Program-made: the position numbers and the translations under genes
Shown here: positions 27,270 through 41,184 of the stretch, one piece after another
How positions within the stretch are numbered: position 1 is the stretch's first letter
Layout of the letters: every line of letters starts with the position of its first letter
The notes under the pieces: model-generated
Told to the model about the DNA's origin: nothing
Databases searched by the model: none
What the model saw: only the letters and a program-made list of their open reading frames with translations
DNA from: Octopus vulgaris
Lineage: Eukaryota
DNA: 64,000 nt
Reading direction: 5' to 3'
NCBI GenBank assembly: GCA_951406725.2
Contig: OX597832.1
Span: forward strand, 27,156,001 to 27,220,000

Positions 27270-27860
27270 CTTTTACTATTGCTACTACTGCTACCCCAGC
27301 ACCACCGCCACTACCACTACCACCGGCACCACTGCCAAACTACCTCCAACACGGAAGCAAACTCATCTACATTTGCAATAACAACGACGGCAATCGCTTC
27401 CCCATTGCAAGAAACACCGACACTGCACCGCAAAACTGCGCCAACACCAACAATGCATCGACATCAACACCTGCAGCTTTACAGAAATCATTGCACTAAC
27501 ACCGCGCCACTGAACCGACACGGCGTCAGCGCCAACGTAGCGCCGACGCCAACGACAATACTGCGCTAACACTGCACCAACATCGACACTGCACTAACAT
27601 CGACACTGCACCCCTTCAAGAATCATTGCAAAAACACCGATGCTGCGCCGCCTCACTGCGCCAACACCAACACAGCATCAATATCGATAGTGCACCCTTA
27701 CAGGAACCATTGCGCATACAGTACACTGCACCCAGCCACTGCACCAGTACCAACACAGTGCCAACGCCAACACTGCGCCAGTATCAACACTGCAGCAACA
27801 CTGCGCCCTCAGAAAACTAATCACTGTATAATTTCGTTAGCAGCACTGCATTTAAGACAT
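27270..27860. repeat. Degenerate CA-rich minisatellite (ACACTGCRCC motif)
   Basis: Many acactgcacc/acactgcgcc/ccaacaccaac modules. Confidence 0.6.
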
Positions 27861-27869
27861 CACTACTCT

Positions 27870-28256
27870 TATTTCTTTATTGCCCACAAGGGGCTAAACG
27901 TAGAGGGGACAAACAAGAATAGACATAGGTATTAAGTCGATTACATCAACCTCAGTGCTCAACTGGTACTTAATTTATTGACCCCGAAAGGATGAAAGGC
28001 AAAGTCGACCTCGGCGGAATTTGAACTCAGAACGTAACGGCAGACGAAATACCTATTTCTTTACTACACACAAAGGGGCTAAACATAGAGGGGACAAACA
28101 AGGACAGACAAACGGATTAAGTCGATTACATCGACCCCAGTGCGTAACTGGTACTTATTTAATCGACCTCGAAAGGATGAAAGGCAAAGTCGACCTCAGC
28201 GGAATTTGAACTCACAACGTAACGGCAGACGAAATACCGCTAAGCATTTCGCCCGA
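27870..28256 (-). mobile_element. SINE family B nested dimer
   Basis: Junction gacgaaatacc|tatttctttac at ~28053. Confidence 0.85.
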
Positions 28257-28679
28257 GGCATAATATATACCACAACAACAACAACTAACAGCATTGTACC
28301 ACCGCCATCAACACTACAACCCCTACAACAATAAATACAGCAACAACAACTCAACAGGGATACCTGTATATGGCCGTTTAATCTATTAAAGATAGCGACA
28401 AATTTTCCCTCAAATCATAGATCCTCGGATGGGGATTAAAAAACAAAACAACACGTTGAATGTTAAGGCCCTTGATAGACTCACGCTAAAGAAATGACGA
28501 TGATGTGGTCACGGCTGGAGCGTTTCTGATTATATGTCTCTTGTTGAACCGTCGGGAGAACGTGAAATAATTCCTATTCGGAACGGTGATACTCGAAGCA
28601 GATGAAGTTATAATCTCATGCAATCACATTTTTTCTCTCGTTTTTTTTTTTTTTCGGGCTTCTCTATTTTCCCCCTCTT

Positions 28680-28722
28680 AGTCTTTTCTCTCGAAGGGCG
28701 TAGGCTCGAAACGTCAAAGACT
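28680..28722 (+). ncRNA. Degenerate minimal hammerhead-like motif
   Basis: AGUCUUU(U)-CUCUCGA-A-GGGC GUAG GCUC-GAAAC-GUC-AAAGACU: 7-bp stem I; core has two substitutions. Confidence 0.5.
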
Positions 28723-29084
28723 TTTCCATTCTACCATTCTTTCCATGTACACACACACACACACACACACAATCATATGTATGCGTACACATAAAGTTAA
28801 CAGATTTATATTCAGACTTATACATGTGCACAGATACATACATGCGTAAAAATATAGATATGCACAAAAACACATACATAAACTTATATAATGAGGCTTT
28901 AATCCCACATATATACATTCACATCTACACCCCCTACCACTTCTTACACACTGACATGTCATCGCACCATCGCTCAACTGTACACGATGTCTAAAATTGC
29001 ATTCACGGAAGCCATGTCACTTTATGGATTACATTCCGCAGGAAAGAACCAACCGAAATAAGCATCTCACCACACATAACACAT

Positions 29085-29685
<601 letters not shown>

Positions 29686-30444
29686 CAGTGTTACATACGC
29701 ATATAGTTACAGAGAATCCTGTATAGATAGACACACAGACACACGCCTATGCATATACTTACACAGATGCATAGCTACATACATCGATCGACACACATGT
29801 TCATACACTACAGTCACATTCTTACATATACACCTGCAGTCGATACCTAGGTAGATGTGGAGATAATCAAGATCTGAAACTTCCAAGATGCGATCGAAAA
29901 TGTTGATTTTCGTCACATCTTGCCTGGAAGACTTCGCGTATGGAGTCGGCAGCTGCTCCAGAAATGTCCTCAAGGTATTAGCTTCCAATGAGGAATGGTG
30001 CTGTTGTTAGTGCTATATGCGGTGTCATCCGTAGGAAAGATCGTTCCGAGATGAATATCCGAAAATATATTTGGCGCTTAGAACGTTTATGTGTTTTAAG
30101 ATAGGGAATATTGATGGAACATTCCCACGAACGTTCAGTGTAAATATAATCAGATTTGACATAGCTGTCTTGGAGACCGAAATAAAAATGGAATATATTT
30201 GGAGAGGTCAGTTGACCTGTCGAAATAAACATTTTATCGAACACGAGCGGGGAAAAAGAGAATATTTTTGGCCAAATGTTTGGGAATTTAGAAATTCTTT
30301 ACTCAGATGATAAATTTACATTTGGATCCAATAATGGATTCGACAGTTATGCTAAGTTTTTAAGAGCCTGGAAAAATGGGCTTTTCAGATAGATTGATAG
30401 ATTGAAAGACAGGTAGTTAAAGAGAGAGAGAGAGAGAGGGAGAG

Positions 30445-30533
<89 letters not shown>

Positions 30534-31769
30534 ATGTGAATTCCATCTGTAAGTGGAACAGTGAAAAAGTACAAAATTAAAAAAAATATTAGCTGTGTCT
30601 CTTTTATTCCATAATTTAGATACTTGCTTCTTTACGAAGAAAAAAAATCACAGAAGTGCAAAATAAATTTACACACACACACACACACACACACTATTCT
30701 TTCTGTCTTCGTCGAATCAGTCTTGCTACCCTTGAATTTCTTTTCCGTGCTCAGTCATCAGGTAAGTTATGACTGGCATGTTTTATGGTCCTTTAAAATA
30801 CTTGTGTACGTGTGTGTGTGTGTGTATATGTAATTGATAGGTACAGAAGCAATATTAATACCAAAAGGTAATGTCGATCTCCAACTTAACCCGGTGGTTG
30901 TGTATAGAACACTGCGTTATTTGCCTTGCGAGAATCTCTCATAAGGACTCGTGATGCATAAAAGCACTCAGCGTTAGATCGTTAATAGACGAGAATCGTC
31001 TGCTATACGCCTGCAGGAAGTGCCAGATCTTGTGATTTCATCCTGCCATGGGTTCTTCAGTGACAGATATCCAGCAGCATGCTGACAGCCGAATCCCCCG
31101 GCAACGTTATGTAGAATTTCAGGGTCTGTTGAGGCACCGGTGTCGCAAACAGCCAGTGGGCTTATATATATATATAAGGGACAGATCCGTTTCCCTCAGT
31201 ACAAACAGATTCCTTTGAATGAGCATAGAGAGAGTTGTGCAAGTAATATCCAACCAAACTTCACCGTTTTCCTCATCTACCAGTGCAAAGAAACAATTTC
31301 TGTACAAATATGTTTAAACAAATAAAATTTGTGCATCGAAAAATACGCCTAAACACGAACGCATAACCAACTTTGGTCTCAGTATATATTTTAATTTATG
31401 TTCACATACCCATCACTGTAAATACTTCGTCTCACTACTTTAGATTTTGAGGTTTTGTATATTTATTTACCCCACTCCCCAAAATATGAGCAATTACCTT
31501 CCCTGACCCGAATAATAACGATCACCAATCACCTCGCCTTAGATTTTTCTACTTGTTGATTCATTCACAAATTCCCGTACACAACATGGACTAAAATCTT
31601 AAGAAAATACAAAGTTACAATAATTTCAATGCCATTATTAGCGAAAGCGAAACCGGTCGACAAACGCAATACTCATTCACACATAAAATATTTCAAAAAA
31701 TATATTAAAACTATGTAAACAGTGTGCTTTTTTCTCTCCTTCTTTCTCTCCTTTTTTTTTTTTTTCTGT

Positions 31770-31812
31770 GTCCCTTTCTGTAGAAGAGCGTAGGCTCGAA
31801 ACGTAAAAGACT
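31770..31812 (+). ncRNA. Minimal hammerhead-like motif in a (TA)n-adjacent Penelope-like terminal repeat (element ~31740-31900)
   Basis: UUU-CUGUAGA-A-GAGC GUAG GCUC-GAAAC-GUA-AAAGAC; near-identical to the 28680 copy. Confidence 0.55.
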
Positions 31813-31895
31813 TATTCTATTCTTGAGCGTTATACTAATACATCTGTTTGTTTTGTACACCACCTGTCTTCGTCTTTTGTTTTTTTCGTAAACTC

Positions 31896-31960
<65 letters not shown>

Positions 31961-32134
31961 TGCATTACAACTGAACACGCGGGGATAATCGAAATTCTTC
32001 TCCCTTTTTCTTATATGTGTGTGTGTGTGTGTATGCGTGTGTGTATAATCATGTGATTATTTGCAGTGTTATTTTGGTGAGTTTTAGCTCTCATTTCTAG
32101 CAAGTAGACGTAAAAGCGCGTCCTTATAATCAAT

Positions 32135-32178
<44 letters not shown>

Positions 32179-32290
32179 AGCTACTTATGTTTATCTACAC
32201 ACACACACATATATATATATATACATACATATATGTATATATATACATATATATATGTATGTGTGTGTATATATGTATATACGTATGTGC

Positions 32291-32327
<37 letters not shown>

Positions 32328-32435
32328 ATATAAACATACAAAAACACAGATTCACATGTATATACACACTTGCGTATAAACAAACACATACTATTATACA
32401 CACATCTTTCTTTCTATATCTATCTATGTGTCTAC

Positions 32436-32514
<79 letters not shown>

Positions 32515-32530
32515 CCTGTCTGCATGTCTT

Positions 32531-32571
<41 letters not shown>

Positions 32572-32956
32572 ATCTATATGCATGTATATATAAAAGGCAT
32601 TCCTTATACCATTCTTTACTGCTATGCTCAATTACAATTCTTTGTTTTCTTCTTTCCTTCCTCCTCCTTCCTCCCCTTCCTCCTTTCTCTCCTCCTTTCC
32701 TTTTTCTTTCATAAAACTACCTTTGCACGCAATTCTTGGACATGTGTTGCTGGTAGCTATGGCAACGATACTATTTACTGTTCTATGCGCTATCATTGTT
32801 GTACTTTAGTAGTAGAAGTAGTAGTGGTGGAGGTGGTTATAGTAGTAGTGGTAGTGGTAGTGGTGGTAGTGGTAGTAGTAGTTGCTGTTGTGTATTGTAG
32901 TCGACAGATAGTTGTCTATAAAATAAAAGACAGTCATTAGCGTAATCAGTGAAATT

Positions 32957-32982
32957 TAATAATAATAATAATAATAATAATA

Positions 32983-33014
<32 letters not shown>

Positions 33015-33049
33015 AATAATAATGATAATATTAATGATAATGATAATAA

Positions 33050-33087
<38 letters not shown>

Positions 33088-33181
33088 GTAATAATAATAA
33101 TAATAATAATATTAATAATAATAATAATGATAATAATAATCATAATAATAATAATAATAATAGTAATAATAATGATAATAA

Positions 33182-33217
<36 letters not shown>

Positions 33218-33472
33218 TAATAATATTAATAATAATAATAATAATAAGAAGAAGAAGAAGAAGAAGAAAAAAGAAGAAAAAGAAGAGAAAAAGAAAAAGA
33301 AGGAGAAGAAGAAGAAGAAAAAGAAGAAGAAAAAGAAGAAGAAGGAGAAGAAGAAGAAGAAAAAGAAGAAGAAAAAGAAGAAGAAGAAAAAGAAGAAGAA
33401 AAAAAGAAGAAAAAGAAGAAGAAGAAAAGGAAGAAGAAGAAAAAAAGAAGAAAAAGAAGAAGAAGAAGAAGA
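32957..33472. repeat. (TAA)n then (GAA)n/A-rich microsatellites
   Basis: Direct reading. Confidence 0.95.
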
Positions 33473-33659
33473 ATGTCTTCTATTATCCCCAGGAGGATAG
33501 GTGGTAGAGGTGGGGGTATCACAAAGACAGACAACAATTTGTGTGGGGATTTAGATAAAAGATGGGAAAAAAGAAATTAAAAGACGGTGAAATGAATAAA
33601 AAAAAAAAGGTATGGGATAACATGAATGATGCAGTCTTCCTATTAGGGTCAATCAAAGA

Positions 33660-34135
33660 ACCCCACAGATTCCAGGATTACCCAGACTATCGAGAGTATG
33701 AGCCCTCTCTCTTGCTCTTCAATCTGCAGGCGCACACACGAAGAGTAGAGCCATTCATTCGAGCGATTTCTGCCACAGTCATCCATCTTTTCACAAATTT
33801 ACGGGGTTGGGGTGGTACTTCCATCTTTACTTTCCTTTCAATGTGGGTCTTACAAAAGCGATGAGATCTTGACTGAAAAAGAAGGTGTCTTTCCTCAGTC
33901 TTTCCAGCCTCGTCCACCACACAAAACCTCTTTCTCCGTAGCCACTTTGTAGAGGGACACCAAGTACTCTGTCTTGTTAAGGGTCGGTGGAGTGGGCAAT
34001 CCTCGCGATGGGTTCGGTCGAGAGAATCCGTTTCCCACGTCCTAGCAGCTGTTCGACATAATTCCACGGGTCAGCAATGCTCGGGCCCAGCAGGAATGCA
34101 TGCCGAACGGTTTCGTCGCTCTGCGCGCAATCCGT
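33660..34135 (-). mobile_element. L1/Tx1-clade LINE ORF2 3' fragment (zf-RVT region), decayed
   Basis: CAQSDETVRHAFLLGPSIADPWNYVEQLL (C..ET..H.F..C...W pattern) ... VWWTRLERL ... KFVKRW. Confidence 0.7.
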
Positions 34136-34169
34136 TCCACTAAAACACAAGGACAGAAATTGATTTCTT

Positions 34170-34358
34170 GTGCCGAGGTGGCGGAATGGGATAAGTCAAT
34201 TACATTGACCCCAGTGCGCAACTGGTACATATTTCGCCGACTCCGAAAGGATGAAAAATCGACTTCGATGGGATTTGATCTCACAACTGTGAAACCGGAA
34301 GAACTGCTGCTAAGTATTTCGTTCGGCGAGCCAACACTTCTGTCAGCTCGCTGGCCTC

Positions 34359-34360
<2 letters not shown>
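34170..34360 (-). mobile_element. SINE family B, diverged
   Basis: attacattgaccccagtgcgcaactggtac...cgaaaggatgaaa...gctaagtatttcg. Confidence 0.7.
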
Positions 34361-34420
<60 letters not shown>

Positions 34421-34513
34421 TCTTTCTACGATAGGCAGAGGGCCAGTAGGTTTCAAGGAAGTAGGTCAAGCCAATCAGACCAACTGCAGTTCTTCACTGG
34501 TAGTTATTTTCCA

Positions 34514-35010
34514 ACAGCCAGATAGACTGGACTGTCGACAGTTAGGTGTGTTGGTCATGGACACAGTACAGCGAACTATACCACACTGTGGTACCTACTT
34601 ACAGCTAGATAAACTGGACTTTCGACAGTTGTGTTGGTCATAGACACAGTACAGCGAACTATATCGTTGTGTGGTATCTACTTACAGCTAGATAGACTGG
34701 GCTGTTGACAGTTAAGTGTACTGGTTGTGGACACAGTACAGCGAACTATACCACACTGTGGTACCTACTTACAGCTAGATAGACTGGACTGTTGACAGTT
34801 GTGTTGGTTGTGGACAAAGTACAACGAACTATACCACACTGTGGTACCTACTTACAGCTAGATCGACTGTGCTGTTGACAATTAGGTGTGTTGGTCATAG
34901 ACACAGTACAGCGAACTATATCACTGTGTTGTATCTACTTACAGCTAGATAGACTGGACTGTTGACAGTTAAGTGTGTAGGTTGTGGACACAGTACAGTG
35001 AACTCTATAC
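34514..35010 (+). repeat. 83/87-bp minisatellite, ~6 units (left arm)
   Basis: Unit starts at 34514, 34601, 34684, 34771, 34854 and 34941: acagctagatagactggactgtcgacagtt...ggtacctactt. Confidence 0.95.
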
Positions 35011-35037
35011 TACAGCATAGTACTTGCATGCAAATAC

Positions 35038-35311
35038 CAATCTAAGTCTTGTCTACAGAATCCGATCTAAAGCTAAACTATTAATTTCTTATATTTGGCT
35101 CCTGAAGCTAATTTCCCCGAGAAAAGCATGAACATCTCAACTTCAGACAATGCCATTCAATGACATTCCGAAATATTGGTGCAGTTTAGTGGAGTGTGGA
35201 AGTGGTGCCAAGTGGGAAGACAGAATGAAGAGATCAATGGAGAATTCGATAAGGAATGTTCAATTTCTTTTCTTCGAAAGGTAGAGGCAGGGTGTCGGGT
35301 GGAATTGGAAA
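35038..35311 (-). other. Candidate minus-strand exon between the inverted minisatellite arms
   Basis: Strong acceptor ttttttttctctccgcag| after a long U-rich tract; weaker donor TTG|gtattt; all three frames contain stops. Confidence 0.35.
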
Positions 35312-36281
35312 CTGCGGAGAGAAAAAAAAATAGAAGGAACCAAAAAAAGAAAAAAAAAAAAACAAACAAAAAATCAAAGCAAAACAAAGAAAAACAATTA
35401 TAGAAACAAAGTATATAGAAATAAATGAAATAAAACCGGAAAATAATAAAGAAAAAAAAGCAAACTATAAGAAAATATTTGAAAACATTGACGAAGAAAT
35501 AAGGAAGAACACAAGACAAACCAAAGTGATAAATGGTTGGAATTATTGCAGACTTTCACCTTTCTGACACTCTCTGCCTCCTCCTCTTACTCTCTATCTC
35601 TCTGTCACTCTCTCTCTCTCTCTCTCGATATTTCTGTCTATTTCTATCTCTCTGTTTCTCTCTCTGTTTCTCTGTTTCTCTCTCTCCTTCTGTTTACCTC
35701 TTACTCACTATCTTGCTCTCACTCGCTCTACCTTTCTCTCTTCTTTTCCGTTTGACTGTTTCACTCTCACTCAGTTTTCTTCCTATCTCTCTCTTTCTTC
35801 TCTCTCTCTCTTTCTTTCTTCTTTCTCTCTCTTTCTTCTTTCTCTCTCTTTCTTCTCTCTCTCTCTCCCTTTCTTCTCTCTCTCTCTGCTCTGTAGACAC
35901 CAAACACAAGACTTTCCTTACACACAGTCATGACAAAAATCCCCCCCCCACAAAAACAATCTTACATACAAATTCAATACCAATCACACACAAGTACAAA
36001 CTCATACACATTCGTACAAAGACATACACACGCAAACACACACACACACATGCTCACACACACACACACACACCACCCAACGCGTCAACAACCTTTAATA
36101 AACCAATATTAAATCAATCATTTAGACGTATTCTTTATTTATTTAGTTATTTTAAAGTATTTTTTTAAATATTTATTTGATCTTTTTTTCTATAACGTGT
36201 TAATGATCGAACTTCGATAGCAGAGAAATGCAGAACTGATAACATATTGGACGATAAATCGAAGTATTGAGGTTCATATCT

Positions 36282-37515
36282 TACTGTGTACTTAACTGTC
36301 AACAGCCCAGTCTACCTAGCTGCAAGTAGGTACCACACTGTAGTGTAGCTCATTTTACTGTGTCCATGGCCAACACACTGAACTGTCAACAGCGCAGTCT
36401 ACTCAGCTGTATGTAGGTACCACAATGATATAGTTTATGGTACTGTGTCCCTGACCAACACACTGAACTATCAACAGCCCAGTCTACCTAGCTGTAAGTA
36501 GGTACCACATTGTAGTATGGTTCATTTTTCTTCTTCTTCTTCTTACAGCATTCACCCGGGGTGGGTTGCACTGACTTCATTCATCCTCAATGCTGCATCT
36601 CTCACAAACGCCGACCAGGCCTGGCGATTTGAGGCTAACGACCACGTGAGCTCCAACCACTCTTTATTCCAGCGGCGAACGCCGTAGACATGGGGGGGCC
36701 TAGGTTGGGTTCCAGATCAGCCTTGACTGTCATCAGCCAGGTTTTTCGTTGTCCACCACATCGCTTTCGCCAACCCTGAAGAGGAGCTGGGGCAATTGCT
36801 TCGTAGATGAATTCTCCTGGTTGACGACGGAGGGCATGACCCAGCCAATGCAGACGTTTCGTTAGGATGACTTGTTGGAGGGAGGTGATTCTGCACTGGT
36901 GTCGCACCGAATTGTTGGAGACAAAGTGATGCCATCGGACACGAAGGATGCGGCGTAGACAGAGGTGATCGAAGGATTCTAGTGCTTAATATCTTCCAGC
37001 CTCATTGGCCATAACTTGCTGCTGTAAAGGAGAATCGTTCGCACATTTTGCTGTGTCTGTGACCCATACACTTTACTGTCAACAGTCCAGGCTACTTAGC
37101 TGTAAGTAGGTACCACAGCGTGGTATAGCTCACTGTATTGAATCCATGGCCAATACAACTGTCGACAGTCCAGTCTACCAAGCTGTATGTAGATACAACA
37201 TTGTGGTATAGTTCACTGTACTATTTCATAACATTTCATTTCATCTAGTTTCAGCTCACGAGCTGTGGCCATGCTGGGGCACCGCCATTGACCAACACAA
37301 ATGACTATAGCTCAGTCTACCTAGCCGTATGTAGGTACCACACTGTTGCATAGTTCACTGTACTAAGTTCACGACCAACACAAATGACGATAGCCCAGTC
37401 TACCTAGCCGTATGTAGGTACCACACTGTTGCATAGTTCACTGTACTGTGTCCACGACTAGCACACTTAACTGTCGACAGTGCAGTCTGCTTAGCTGTAA
37501 GTAGGTACCACAGTG
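36282..37515 (-). repeat. Same minisatellite in inverted orientation, ~8 units (right arm), interrupted by a LINE and a SINE-tail insertion
   Basis: aactgtcaacagcccagtctacctagctgtaagtaggtaccaca units. Confidence 0.95.
36528..37043 (-). mobile_element. RTE-clade LINE, 5'-truncated, with (AAG)n tail
   Basis: KRLHWLGHALRR...GWRKRCGGQRKTW...ASNRQAW; flanked by catttt on both sides, inside a satellite unit. Confidence 0.85.
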
Positions 37516-38465
37516 AGTTATAGTTTTTCTTTGGTTTTAATTTGGTTGCGAGAGACATGGGAGCGAGATGCGAGGAAAAAGAAAATTTACGAGTCACATC
37601 AAACAATGAAAACATTTGTTAGATTTATTAAAATTTCCATAAATCTCTCGTTGAATTGTGTTATTCCCCGCAATGTGGTTGGTGTGGGTGTTTGTACAGT
37701 TCGTATACATACATACATACGTACGTACGTACATACATACATACATACGTACATACACACATGTATGTACATATGTGTGTGTGTTTGTCGAAACATTAAG
37801 TTGAAATGAACTTTAGTCAATCAATATTTGGCAATAAAACAGGTTTTTAAACGAAAGAAAACAAAAATGAAAAAAACAATAAATTAAAAATGGATAAACA
37901 AATGAATAATAAAAGAAAGGGGGTGGAAGAGGGAGACCGGGGTAAACCCTAACTTTGGCACCTGAGTTGCCCTCCTTCCCTACTCACCAACAGCCTTCTC
38001 TACTAAACCTCTATTGAGTAGGTGAATACTCGTGCCAGAAGGTAAACAAATATATGAACAATTTTGTGATTGATTACAGAGTTAACGGCCATTTTTAACC
38101 CCTACGACAGATCACGTGATGCGGCTGTCTGTTCTGTTCTGTTCAACATATTTAGATAAACTGGCTTTGCCATTGACCACATTTCAAACACGTAAATCTA
38201 TTTTTATCTACTTTGTTGTCATGACTTAATCAGATGCTGAATGGCGGCGTTCACGGCCCTTAACGGGGACCCCGAGATCAGAGAAGGGATTTATTCCTGA
38301 AATAGGGACTTAGCAGTAGAATAGTTTGCTATTGGCCTGAAGGAACCGCCAAACTAGGCAAGGGCAGTGGTTCGCTTTGTTTCCAGCTTTTTAATTTGTA
38401 TTTTTGATACGTTTATATTAAGGTATATACACATATATGTGTATATATAATATAATGTAGTCATC

Positions 38466-38676
38466 AAGGCGGTGAGCTGAGAGAACTTTTACATGCCGGG
38501 CGAAATGCTTAGCGGCATTTCGTCTGTCTCACGTTCTGTGTTCAAATTCCACCGAGGACGAATTTGCCTTTCATCCTTTCGGGGTCGACAAATTAAGTAC
38601 CAGTGAAACACTGGTTCCAATGTAATTGACTAGCCCCTTACCCCAAATTTCAGGCTTTGTGCCTATAATAGAAAGG

Positions 38677-38677
<1 letters not shown>
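38466..38677 (+). mobile_element. SINE family B, full-length, old-tail type
   Basis: aaggcggtgagctg...gttcaaattcc...cccaaatttcaggctttgtgcctataatagaaagg then (ATT)n. Confidence 0.85.
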
Positions 38678-38742
<65 letters not shown>

Positions 38743-38745
<3 letters not shown>

Positions 38746-38989
38746 TAGTCTTATTTTTATCACGTGCTTTCACTGCATTACTGAGTGCAGCCTTGTGTTC
38801 CTTACGTATGTGCTGTGGTTTGTTGTGATGCTCTTATGGTTACTGTATTGAAAGTGTTTTACGTAGGATGTGTGCGGTGCCTAGCAGTGCTATTTTCTGT
38901 ATGTTACATACATTCGTAAGTCCCAATGTTTTGGTTATGCCTGAATGGTTTTTAATCATAACTATTGCACTTATTTTTATGGGATTTTC

Positions 38990-38990
<1 letters not shown>
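38743..38990 (-). mobile_element. R4/Dong-like retrotransposon 3' end embedded in (TAA)n
   Basis: C-terminus IQKIALLGTAHILRKTLSIQ* plus 3' UTR; (TTA)n on both flanks. Confidence 0.8.
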
Positions 38991-39041
<51 letters not shown>

Positions 39042-39549
39042 ATTATTATTGCAGATAAACACAAATAGGCTTGAGACATACATACATACATACCTGCACG
39101 CGCAGACACACACATGTATAAGCATAGATAAAGATAGATACATATATGCATACACACACGAACGCACGCGCACACACACACACGCAAACACACATATATA
39201 CACAAATATATTAAACATAGAGCATAAAAATACAGAATGATAAGAAAATAATACATAGTTTCTTAACTCTACAGCTGTTTCAGGAAGCTCGGAATTACGT
39301 AATAACCGTAATGTTCATAACTTGCAGATGAAGTGTGCAAAAAGCCTGGGGTATGTAATCAGAAAATAGTCACACACAGATATATTATAAGTCGGGCTCG
39401 CGCACTCGCATGACATAAAGTCTCTAAAAATTATTTCCCTCTCACATGTCCAAAGATGACCATCACTGAGCATTACAGTGATCATGCTTCCAACAGGGTC
39501 TCTGTAAGTTCTCTAAGCTGTTAAATGTCTTATGGTTGACCATATCGTG

Positions 39550-39915
39550 GCATTCCGTCGGTTACGACAACGATGATTCCAGTTGATCCGATCAACGGAA
39601 CAGTCTGCTCATGAAATTAACATTCAAATGGCTGAGCACTCCACAGACACGTGCAACCTTAACGTAGTATTCGGGGAGATTCAGCGTGACACAGAGTGTG
39701 ACAAGGCAGGCCCTTTGAAATACAGGTACTACAGAACAAGGAAGAAAAAAATGATAGAAAGTTGTGATGAAATAGTACAGCAGGGTTCGTGTAGCCTCGT
39801 GTAACTTTAGGTGTTTTCCCTCAATAAACACTCACAACGCGCGGTCTGGGAATCGAAACCGCGATCCTACGACCGCGAGTTCGCTGCCCTAACTGCTGGG
39901 CCATTGTGCCTCCAC
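39550..39915 (-). mobile_element. tRNA-derived SINE family C
   Basis: Reverse complement of 43028-43410. Confidence 0.85.
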
Positions 39916-40249
39916 ATGACTGACCATACAACTGAAGATATATACTACACGGCAGAATGCAGAATCTATATTTCAGTATATAGAATTGTCATTCTAAAGG
40001 AATTCTTCAACGCCTGTGCAGAATTCTAGGACCATTAAGGGTTACAGAACCCCTTAAAGATCATCACCACCATTCTGATTGTGTCTGCGTCGCGACCTTC
40101 GGTTGGTTTCTTTGAACGATCGCCAATACGCAGTACAATATAAGCTGTTGCTCATGTGGAATGGAGGGCTGCTAGGAACCCAAAACATTTGAAAAAAGGC
40201 CCATGTTACCAGTATGGAGTTAATGATTATCTAAAAGACACTTATTAGC

Positions 40250-40420
40250 ACCTCGGATAAAATGCTAAGCAGCGTTTCCTCCGGCTCTTTACGTTCCGAG
40301 TTCAAATCTCGCCGTGGTCAAATTTACCTTTCATACAATCGGGGTCGAAAAAATAAAGTACCGGTCAAGTAGAAGGGGTTAATGTAATGGACTTGCCTCA
40401 TCCCATCAAAATTGCTGGCA
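40250..40420 (+). mobile_element. SINE family B, diverged
   Basis: aaatgctaagcagcg...gagttcaaatc...ggggtcga...aaattgctggc. Confidence 0.65.
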
Positions 40421-40980
40421 TTATTGGACCTTGTAACAGACCCGTGTCTTGTGCAGGGATAATGTCGTGATGTTGGTCATTTATACGCCTTGGAAACCGG
40501 CTCACCGGCCTTTATGAGTCCCAGGGCCCGCTGTGTATATACATGTATGTGTGTGTGTATGTGTGTGTGTGTATGTGTGTATGTGTATGTGTGTGTGTTT
40601 GTGTGTGTAGGGGGATGTATGCCAAGAAATTCCTCTTGGCTGACGGTAATAATCCGTAATCAAAGAGAACTGTTTGCAGCGCTGGCATTTTGGGTTTATT
40701 GTATCCTAACATCATGACCAGATGTTTCCTTCTCTCTCTCTCTCTCTCTTTCTGTCACACAGACACACACACACACACACACATGCACACACACGTATTC
40801 TATACACGCACACAGTTCTTCGCGCAAAAACAAAAGCCTTCTTGGCATCAAAAGCGAAAGTGGCGTTTGCCTATTGATATAACGAGTATAAACAAGAAGG
40901 GGAAAATGCGTTTTTAAAGAAACCAATAAAAACACCGAAACACACGCACAAGGAAGAGAGTGGGGGAGAGGGAGAAACAC

Positions 40981-41015
<35 letters not shown>

Positions 41016-41184
41016 CATATATATCCACTCCTACAAGCATACATATATACACACAAACACACATCAATACGGACATATTTGCCGAGTTTGGTCGGTTTCT
41101 CTTCCTGTACTTTTACTTCGTGCTTCCCTTCTATTATGTCCTTATTTATTTTGTTCTTATTATCTTGTTGTTACTGTTGTTGTT

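Noticed and set aside
27279-27935. Thr/Pro/His-rich ORFs resembling mucin
   Set aside because: Arise from a degenerate CA-rich minisatellite; frames are broken and splice signals absent
29840-29974. Possible + strand coding exon (cag|...AAG|gtatta)
   Set aside because: All three frames contain stops and the splice sites are modest
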